Source: a bacterium (lineage in GTDB: Bacteria; Spirochaetota; Spirochaetia; Treponematales; Rectinemataceae). From it: a DNA stretch of 41,914 nt. Of this stretch, positions 32,350 through 38,606 are shown piece after piece. Each line of letters begins with the position of its first letter. Position 1 is the stretch's first letter. The notes under the pieces were generated by a model. The model saw only the letters and a program-made list of their open reading frames with translations. It was not told where the DNA came from and searched no databases. Both the position numbers and the translations under genes were made by a program. The stretch is taken from NCBI GenBank assembly GCA_021782015.1, contig JAJXVS010000001.1, forward strand, positions 1 through 41,914, read 5' to 3'.

Positions 32350-33456
32350 TCAACCCTCGATGTCGCTTTTCCCGTGATCGCCGAGGGCCCGGTCGGTGAC
32401 CTTGTCGTAGAGCTTCACTCCCGTGAAGAAGGACATCAGGATGAGGGGGCCGAGGATAAGCCCGTTGATTCCGAAGGTCTGGAGCCCCCCGACGATCGCG
32501 AAAAATATCAAGAGGGGGTGCACCTTGAGCCGGTCGCGAAGAAGGTAGACGCGAAGCACGTTGTCCAGTCCCGCGATCAGGACGGCGGACAGTCCGAGGA
32601 GAAGGAGCCCCATCCGGGGGTGACCGCCGAGAATCATCGCAATTGAAAGAGGACCCCAGATGAGGCTCGTTCCGAGCATGGGAATGAACGAGGCGCCGAC
32701 CGTGAGTGCGCCGAAGAATAGGGCGCCCTTGATTCCGAAGGCCGAAAAGAGGGTGAAGGCGACAAGCCCCTGGAAGAGCGAGACGAGGATGTAGCCGATG
32801 ACGAGGTCCCGGGACGAGGAACGAAGGGTGCGAAGGAAAAGGAGGCTGTATTCCTTTTCGATGGGCAGCGCCCCGATGATCGTGCGGAGCAACTCGGGAC
32901 CGTCGAGGAGAAAAAAGAACAGGGTGAACATTATGAAGAGAAGGCTCACCACGACGACGAGGGTGTCGCGAACGATGACGCTCGACACGTTGATGATCTG
33001 AGCCGTGCTTCCGTTGAGGAGATGGGAGAATTCCTGGCGAAGATTGACTCCCGAGAGATCGATGCCGCCCTGCGTGATGTCATTGACGAATTTGCCGATG
33101 GGGCCCGCCGGCGAGAGATCGAGTATGGCGGGATTGGCCGAGAGGGCGTGGAGTATCATCTTTACGACGTCCCGGAGCTGTCCGATCAAGGCGATGCCGA
33201 GAAGAACGACGGGGACCATGATGATAAGTACTGAAACGATCGCGAATGCCGCCGCGAGCATTGTGCGCCAGGGCTCGCGGAGGGGCTTCCCCTTCGCGTT
33301 GCCCGAAAGCCGGTTGTACAGCGGATTGACGAATGCATAGAGGAGCCCCGACCAGATGAGGATGGTCAGGAAGGGGGCGAAGAGCCTCGCCACGAGGATC
33401 AACAGCAATATGAATAATGCGAGAAAAATGTAACGGCGAACCGCCTTGCCTTCCAT
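32350..33456 (-). CDS. AI-2E family transporter (PerM/UPF0118)
   Basis: The start is trimmed to Met186 of the 553-aa track ORF (MEGKAVRRYIFLALFILLLILVARLF..). This gives about 8 TM segments with the typical AI-2E layout. The long upstream extension has a spurious Arg/Pro-rich composition. Confidence 0.88.
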   Translation of the reverse strand: MEGKAVRRYIFLALFILLLILVARLFAPFLTILIWSGLLYAFVNPLYNRLSGNAKGKPLREPWRTMLAAAFAIVSVLIIMVPVVLLGIALIGQLRDVVKMILHALSANPAILDLSPAGPIGKFVNDITQGGIDLSGVNLRQEFSHLLNGSTAQIINVSSVIVRDTLVVVVSLLFIMFTLFFFLLDGPELLRTIIGALPIEKEYSLLFLRTLRSSSRDLVIGYILVSLFQGLVAFTLFSAFGIKGALFFGALTVGASFIPMLGTSLIWGPLSIAMILGGHPRMGLLLLGLSAVLIAGLDNVLRVYLLRDRLKVHPLLIFFAIVGGLQTFGINGLILGPLILMSFFTGVKLYDKVTDRALGDHGKSDIEG

Positions 33457-33464
33457 TTTGATAC

Positions 33465-33914
33465 CTACCCTTGTTTTTTCCTGCAGATTGTGCAGCCGAG
33501 AATATGGACATGTTTGCGCCGGGGACTCTCGAAATAGCGGGCGATGGCATGGTCTCCGGAACCCAGTTCGGCGCGGCAGACGGGGCAAAACCGCGCCGCC
33601 CTCCCGGCCTCGGCCCCGAGGCAGTGGAGGCAGCCATAGATGCGCATGAGCCTGTCGCCCTTGCCCGGAAAGATGTCGGACCGCATCGATTCGCCCGGGG
33701 CGAGAATGCTGCCGCAGAGGGCGCAGGCGCCGGGCCGGGGGCTTCCGGACCTCGTTGCGCCGGAAATCTTCGTCCCGTCGCCGTCGGGAGGGGCCTTCGA
33801 CCTGCCCGCCTTCGACGACGTTCTTTGGCCATCGGCATGAACCGAATTCCCTCGAAGGAGGAGCGTCAGGATGAGTGCGAAGGCCAGAGCTCCCGCAAGC
33901 AGACTCGGAATCAT
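33465..33914 (-). CDS. Membrane-anchored double zinc-ribbon protein (hypothetical)
   Basis: The N-terminal TM helix is MIPSLLAGALAFALILTLLL. Four CxxC pairs are present (CALC, CLHC, CPVC, CTIC). The stop lies 8 nt before the AI-2E start. I place the start at Met13 because a TATACT box sits 6 nt upstream; Met1 at 33950 is also possible. Confidence 0.55.
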   Translation of the reverse strand: MIPSLLAGALAFALILTLLLRGNSVHADGQRTSSKAGRSKAPPDGDGTKISGATRSGSPRPGACALCGSILAPGESMRSDIFPGKGDRLMRIYGCLHCLGAEAGRAARFCPVCRAELGSGDHAIARYFESPRRKHVHILGCTICRKKQG

Positions 33915-33994
33915 CGAAGGAGTATAGCCGCCCGAAGGATTTGGCGCCATTGAGTAGCGCCGATCGTCGGCCGTTCCGCGGGGGATTCGGCGCC

Positions 33995-34024
33995 TTGACC
34001 ATGGGTCTCAAGCCGATCTACTAC
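33995..34024 (+). promoter_or_regulatory. Candidate sigma-70 promoter TTGACC-N18-TACTAC, 6 nt before the rsmI ATG (leaderless layout)
   Basis: The sequence reads TTGACC atgggtctcaagccgatc TACTAC cttccc ATG(34031). No SD is present. The alternative Met at 34001 would lie inside the spacer. Confidence 0.5.
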
Positions 34025-34030
34025 CTTCCC

Positions 34031-34735
34031 ATGGCCTCTCTTTACATGGTGGCGACGCCTATCGGCAATTTGGGCGATATGACCCTGCGCGCACTTGAGG
34101 TGCTTCGCGAAGTCGACAGCATCGCCTGCGAGGATACGCGTCACAGTCTCAAGCTCCTTTCCCATTTTGAAATTCGCAAACCCTTGCTTTCCTGTCATGC
34201 CAATGATGAAGCGAGGGGTGTCTCGCGAATCGTTTCCCTCCTCGATGAAGGCAAGAATGTCGCCTATATCAGCGACGCGGGCAGCCCCGGGCTCTCCGAT
34301 CCGGGGGCCGGGGCGGTCCGGGCGGCACGAGAAGCCGGCCACACCGTCGTGCCGATACCCGGGGCTTCGGCCTTCTCCAGCCTCGTTTCGGTATCGGGAA
34401 TGCCTGGGCGATCGATACTGTTCGAAGGTTTCCTCTCGCCGAAACCGGGTCGTCGTCGAGCGCGCCTTGTCGAGCTCATGGCCCGCCCGGAGAGTTTCGT
34501 GGTGTATGAGTCGCCCTTCCGCATCGGCAAACTCCTTGCCGACATCGCCGCGATCGATCCGGATCGCCGACTCTGCCTCGGCCGTGAAATGACCAAAATC
34601 CACGAAGAAATCATTGCCGGAAAGGCTTCGGCCCTTCTTGAGCGCTTCGGAGTGGAAGGAAGGGGGGAATTCGCCGTGATTGTAGGGTATCAGGAACACG
34701 GGGTGACGGATTCCGAAGAGGAAGTCGGAGAGTGA
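34031..34735 (+). CDS. rsmI: 16S rRNA (cytidine1402-2'-O)-methyltransferase
   Basis: The sequence (LYMVATPIGNLGDMTLRALEVLREVDSIACEDTRHS .. YISDAGSPGLSDPG .. GREMTKIHEE) carries typical RsmI tetrapyrrole-methylase-fold signatures. Confidence 0.9.
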   Translation: MASLYMVATPIGNLGDMTLRALEVLREVDSIACEDTRHSLKLLSHFEIRKPLLSCHANDEARGVSRIVSLLDEGKNVAYISDAGSPGLSDPGAGAVRAAREAGHTVVPIPGASAFSSLVSVSGMPGRSILFEGFLSPKPGRRRARLVELMARPESFVVYESPFRIGKLLADIAAIDPDRRLCLGREMTKIHEEIIAGKASALLERFGVEGRGEFAVIVGYQEHGVTDSEEEVGE

Positions 34736-34766
34736 TTGGCCGCTTGTTGGATATCGGAAAATGACG

Positions 34767-34794
34767 TAAACTAATCTTGAGTTAAGGCCGATAA
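34767..34794 (+). promoter_or_regulatory. Sigma-28 (FliA) type promoter TAAA-N16-GCCGATAA
   Basis: A perfect GCCGATAA -10 element (34787-34794) and TAAA (34767-34770) lie 25 nt upstream of the flgM ATG. The enterobacterial consensus is TAAA-N15-GCCGATAA. Confidence 0.7.
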
Positions 34795-34818
34795 TCCCTA
34801 TGAAAGGCAGGGGCGCGT

Positions 34819-35109
34819 ATGACTATTGATCGCCTGAATTCCCTGGACCCGATCCGGGAACCCAAGAAACCCAGCGGCGCTGGCATGAATCAGCGAGCCG
34901 GGAAGGGCGATTCCATTGCGATTTCCTCGGACGCTGTGGCCAAGGCCGAACTGTTTAACGTCCTTGAGGTCGCGAAGGCCGCTCCGGATGTCAGGACCGA
35001 TCGTGTCGCCGAAGTCAAGTTGAGGCTTCAGGATCCCGCATACATCAACGACAGTGTGCTTTCCATGACGGCGGACAGGATCGTCGACCAGCTTCTGGGA
35101 AATTCGTAG
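34819..35109 (+). CDS. flgM: Anti-sigma-28 factor FlgM
   Basis: 96 aa. The disordered N-terminal half and the C-terminal DRVAEVKLRLQDPAYINDSVLSMTADRIVDQLL match the FlgM family pattern. A sigma-28 promoter lies upstream. Confidence 0.75.
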   Translation: MTIDRLNSLDPIREPKKPSGAGMNQRAGKGDSIAISSDAVAKAELFNVLEVAKAAPDVRTDRVAEVKLRLQDPAYINDSVLSMTADRIVDQLLGNS

Positions 35110-35211
35110 CAGTTCGGACAATATCCGGTTCGCCGGCTTGGGCGAAGTCCTTTCGGGCGCCACGGCGCCTGGGGCTAGTCTGGTCGGCTCCTCCGGACCG
35201 GCGTGATGAAA

Positions 35212-35258
35212 GCGGGAGCGAACTGACAAGCTGTCAGTCGGCCTTCCGCTTTTTTTTT
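35212..35258 (+). terminator. Rho-independent terminator after flgM
   Basis: This is a composite hairpin. The outer stem is GCGGGAG/CTTCCGC and the inner 8-bp stem is GACTGACA/TGTCAGTC. A run of nine T follows (35250-35258). Confidence 0.8.
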
Positions 35259-35277
35259 GGCCCGACAGGAGGGACCG

Positions 35278-36444
35278 ATGGCCGATTTTCAATTTTCTAT
35301 CCGTCCTCGCATCTGGATCGGGCCGGATAGCCTCCTGCGCCTTCCCCTGTTTGCCGGAGAATTCGGCGTCGAAAACAGGGCCATCCTCATTGCCGACCCC
35401 CTTCTCCACGAGTCCGGGGTGAGCGGGAGGGTCAGTTCCCTTCTCGAAGACAGGGGCGTCAAGGTATTGCTCTTCGATGAAATTCCCGAGCGGGCCTCTA
35501 CCAGGGCGGCTGAAGATGCTCTCAGGCTGACCAGGGGGTCGAAATCGGCCTTTGTCATCGGCCTGGGTGGCCAAAAGACCCTGATGATTGCTCGGACAGC
35601 CGCATGTCTCGGTCGCGATCGCCTCGATGTCGACGCCTTCGTGGATGGGGCCGCCGTGACGGCCCCCCCCCTGCCCTTGGTCGAGATACCCAGCTCACTT
35701 CGCCATGGTTTCATGTGCGAAGATGCCATCATCCTCGCGGATGCCCGCGATCGCCGAGCGAGGCTGATGCGGTCTGCCGGAGCTCCTCCGGCGGCAGTCC
35801 TCATCGATCCCAATCTTTCGACCGGCCTCTCGGCCAAAATGGCGGCCTCCTGCGTCATCGACGGGTTGATGGGCGCCATCGAATCCTACATCTCGGCCCG
35901 CTCCAACTTCCTCTCCGATCACGTTCTCGAAAAAGCCATCGAGTTCCTCGCCAAGGCGCTCACCATCATTATTGCACGGCCTGACGATCCTTCGGCGCGT
36001 GCCGATGCCTGGAAAGGCTCCTTCCTGGCCGGAATCGGACAGGGCAGCTCGGCGCCGGGAATGGGAAGGGCTGTGTCCTTGGCGATCAACGCCAAGCATG
36101 GGATTCCCAAGGCCAGCCTCGCCGCCATCATCCTTCCCTATTCGATGGAACTGGGAGCCAAGAGCCGTATCGAAAAGATCGCCCGAATAGCCTCCCTTCT
36201 CGGCGACGAACCTGCGGGCGCCCATGAAGAACGCACGCAAGCCGAGGCCGCATCCAAGGCGATCGAGTGGCTCAGAACCCGTCTCGGCCTTCTCAAGGTT
36301 CCGAGCCGCCTGAAAGACTTCGACCTGAACCTTGACGATCTGGTCGAAACTGCCCGCGATGCCCGAGAATTCGATTTTATGAACTGGCTTCCGCGCGCCG
36401 TCTCCGTCGATGACGTCTTCGATTTTGTGAAAACAGCCTATTGA
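35278..36444 (+). CDS. Iron-containing alcohol dehydrogenase family protein (motifs partly degenerate)
   Basis: ATG 35278 lies 5 nt after AGGAGG 35267-35272. The layout is Fe-ADH-like (GLGGQKTLMIAR glycine-rich loop; DGLMGAIESY where the family has D-x3-H; ..KHGIP..AAIILP). Confidence 0.7.
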   Translation: MADFQFSIRPRIWIGPDSLLRLPLFAGEFGVENRAILIADPLLHESGVSGRVSSLLEDRGVKVLLFDEIPERASTRAAEDALRLTRGSKSAFVIGLGGQKTLMIARTAACLGRDRLDVDAFVDGAAVTAPPLPLVEIPSSLRHGFMCEDAIILADARDRRARLMRSAGAPPAAVLIDPNLSTGLSAKMAASCVIDGLMGAIESYISARSNFLSDHVLEKAIEFLAKALTIIIARPDDPSARADAWKGSFLAGIGQGSSAPGMGRAVSLAINAKHGIPKASLAAIILPYSMELGAKSRIEKIARIASLLGDEPAGAHEERTQAEAASKAIEWLRTRLGLLKVPSRLKDFDLNLDDLVETARDAREFDFMNWLPRAVSVDDVFDFVKTAY

Positions 36445-36447
36445 ATC

Positions 36448-37242
36448 GTGTTTTCGCCAGAACGCCTCGCCAAGCTCTCTCCCCTCCACAGGCTCCGGAA
36501 GGCCGCGCTTCTCCTTGAAGGTTGCGAGCGCGAGTTGATTGCGGCCGGTCGCGTGGGCGAATCGAACAGGGCCGCCTTCGATCGGTCCAGGCGCATAGCG
36601 GAGGTTCTCCGGGCCCTCGGTGAGGCGCCGCAACAAGTCGACGCTGCGGCCCGGGACCTCCTATCGGCCGGCCCCGATGAAGATGCGCTTCGAGCCATGG
36701 ACAGGCTTCGTCACGCCCTGTTTCAAGCGGGAGGCCAGTCGAGGGCCGACTGGGATCTGATCGATCCGGAAAGCGGTCTGGCCCTCGCGGAAAGGCGGCC
36801 CCTCGGCGGGCTTCTCGTCTACTTCGAAGACATCCGATCCCCCTTCAACGTCGGCTCCATGCTGAGAACCGCGGAGGCCTTCGGTTTTGAGGAAGCCTTA
36901 TTATCGGCATCCTGCGCCGATCCACTTCACCCCCGAGCGGCCAGATCGGCCATGGGGGCCGCCTCCCTCATGCCCTGGCGCCGAGCGGACATCGAAGCCC
37001 TCGAGACCCTCGGCCCTGCCTTCGCCCTTGAGCTCGGGGGCAGCCCCCTGGCCGACTTCTCCTTTCCCGAAAAGGGAGTAGTCGTGGTCGGTTCGGAGGA
37101 GCTCGGGGTCAGCTGTGAGGCCCTCGGTCGATGCGGGCTCGGAAAGGTCAGCATACCGATGCGGGGGGCCAAGGCTTCCATCAATGTGGGCGTGGCTTTC
37201 GGCATTATTGCCAACGCATGGGTCCTGTCCCGGGGCCCATAG
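36448..37242 (+). CDS. TrmH/SpoU family RNA 2'-O-methyltransferase
   Basis: The GTG start lies 3 nt after the ADH stop. SpoU motifs are present (FEDIRSPFNVGSMLRTAEAFG; VVVGSEELGVS; IPMRGAKASINVGVAFGI). Confidence 0.85.
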   Translation: MFSPERLAKLSPLHRLRKAALLLEGCERELIAAGRVGESNRAAFDRSRRIAEVLRALGEAPQQVDAAARDLLSAGPDEDALRAMDRLRHALFQAGGQSRADWDLIDPESGLALAERRPLGGLLVYFEDIRSPFNVGSMLRTAEAFGFEEALLSASCADPLHPRAARSAMGAASLMPWRRADIEALETLGPAFALELGGSPLADFSFPEKGVVVVGSEELGVSCEALGRCGLGKVSIPMRGAKASINVGVAFGIIANAWVLSRGP

Positions 37243-37261
37243 CTGCGCGGCTTCGGTCGGT

Positions 37262-37290
37262 TTGACAGGTCGGAAAAGCCACGATACACT
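37262..37290 (+). promoter_or_regulatory. Sigma-70 promoter TTGACA-N17-TACACT
   Basis: It has a consensus -35 box, a 17-nt spacer and a good -10 box. GGAGG lies at 37315-37319 and the ATG at 37324. Confidence 0.65.
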
Positions 37291-37323
37291 ACCCTCATAC
37301 TATAGCCCTATAAGGGAGGACAA

Positions 37324-38451
37324 ATGGCCAAGGTAGAGTTGAAGAAGATTGGCAAGGTGTACGATGGCAATGTGCGTGCCGTCGACGATGCCAATATCAC
37401 CATCGAGGACAAGGAGTTCGTTGTTTTTGTCGGCCCCTCCGGCTGCGGCAAGTCGACGACGTTGCGCATGGTCGCCGGCCTGGAGGACATCACCGAGGGG
37501 GAACTGCTCATCGACGGCAAACTCGTCAATGATGTACCGCCCAAGGACAGGGACATTGCGATGGTATTCCAGAACTATGCCCTCTATCCTCACATGACCG
37601 TCTACGACAACATGGCCTTCGGTCTTAAAATCCGCAAGGTTCCCAAGGCCGAGATCGAGACGCGGGTCGGCGAGGCTGCCCGTATCCTCGACATCGAGAA
37701 ACTCCTCGATCGGAAGCCCAAACAGCTTTCAGGCGGCCAACGTCAGCGCGTGGCGGTCGGTCGGGCCATCGTCCGCAAGCCGAAGGTCTTTCTTTTCGAC
37801 GAGCCCCTCTCCAACCTCGATGCCAAGCTTCGTGTCCAGATGCGAGCCGAGCTGATCGAGCTTCATGACAGGCTCCAGGCGACCATGATTTATGTCACCC
37901 ACGATCAGGTTGAGGCCATGACGATGGGCGACAAGATTGTCGTCATGCGGGATGGCAAGGTTCAACAGATCGGTTCCCCCCTCTATTTGTATAACCACCC
38001 CATCAACAAGTTCGTCGCCGGCTTTATCGGCTCGCCGGCCATGAATTTCCTCAAGGTCAAGGTCGTCGAAGAGGGCGGCAAACTCTTCATCGACGAGGGT
38101 TCCTTCAAGCTCGAGCCTGCCGCCGATCATATCGCCCTCCTTAAGCCCTATGTGGGGAAAGAAATATCCTTCGGCATCAGGCCCGAGGACCTTCCCTGCC
38201 TCGAAGGGGGCTCGGTGCCACAGGGCCCCGGCACGATCATGGGAAAGGTGACGGTGGTCGAGCCTCTCGGAGCGGAAATTCATCTGTATGCCTCGACTCC
38301 GACCCAGCCGATGGTGGCGAAGATTCCACCGCATCACCTTTTCAAGATTGGCGACAACGTGCACTTTACGCCGGTGATGGACAAGGCTCGCTATTTCGAT
38401 CGCGAGACCGAGCTTTCGATCCTTCCTGTCAAGCTTTCGGAGAAGGAATAG
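37324..38451 (+). CDS. Carbohydrate-type ABC transporter ATP-binding protein (MalK/UgpC/MsmX-like), stand-alone
   Basis: 375 aa with Walker A (GPSGCGKST), Q-loop, signature (LSGGQRQR), Walker B (FLFDEPLS) and H-loop (YVTHDQ), plus a MalK-type regulatory C-terminal domain. There is no adjacent permease or binding protein. Confidence 0.92.
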   Translation: MAKVELKKIGKVYDGNVRAVDDANITIEDKEFVVFVGPSGCGKSTTLRMVAGLEDITEGELLIDGKLVNDVPPKDRDIAMVFQNYALYPHMTVYDNMAFGLKIRKVPKAEIETRVGEAARILDIEKLLDRKPKQLSGGQRQRVAVGRAIVRKPKVFLFDEPLSNLDAKLRVQMRAELIELHDRLQATMIYVTHDQVEAMTMGDKIVVMRDGKVQQIGSPLYLYNHPINKFVAGFIGSPAMNFLKVKVVEEGGKLFIDEGSFKLEPAADHIALLKPYVGKEISFGIRPEDLPCLEGGSVPQGPGTIMGKVTVVEPLGAEIHLYASTPTQPMVAKIPPHHLFKIGDNVHFTPVMDKARYFDRETELSILPVKLSEKE

Positions 38452-38573
38452 ACAGGAGAGTCCATTTTTGAGACTCAGCCGAGTTTTGAAGTGCTTCGGC
38501 AGATGAATCTGGCGAGGAGCCGACTCCGAACACCCTAAATACGGTTGCGTGCCAAGGCGGCGGGGGATGGTCA

Positions 38574-38602
38574 TTGCGACCACCCCCCGCTTGCTTTATA
38601 GT
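38574..38602 (+). promoter_or_regulatory. Candidate sigma-70 promoter TTGCGA-N17-TATAGT, 4/7 nt before ATGATG 38607 (leaderless layout)
   Basis: The hexamers and spacing are good. TGGC follows, then two consecutive ATG codons, and no SD is present. The track ORF start (TTG 38574) is the -35 box itself. Confidence 0.55.
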
Positions 38603-38606
38603 TGGC

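Noticed and set aside
32350-34011. 553-aa version of the AI-2E ORF, and other N-terminal over-extensions in the track: cysS 11322, sigma 12982, murB 11412, recG 27496, rsmI 33875, membrane protein 28881, cysE 41787 and MCP 38574.
   Set aside because: The extensions overlap neighbouring genes or promoters and have spurious composition. Internal starts restore canonical N-termini, signal peptides, SD sites or -10 boxes.
35110-35211. Two extra hairpins (35129-35146 and 35156-35169) between the flgM stop and its terminator, considered as a 3'UTR-derived sRNA.
   Set aside because: The stems are short (5-6 bp) and there is no independent promoter or processing signal. The evidence is insufficient from sequence alone.
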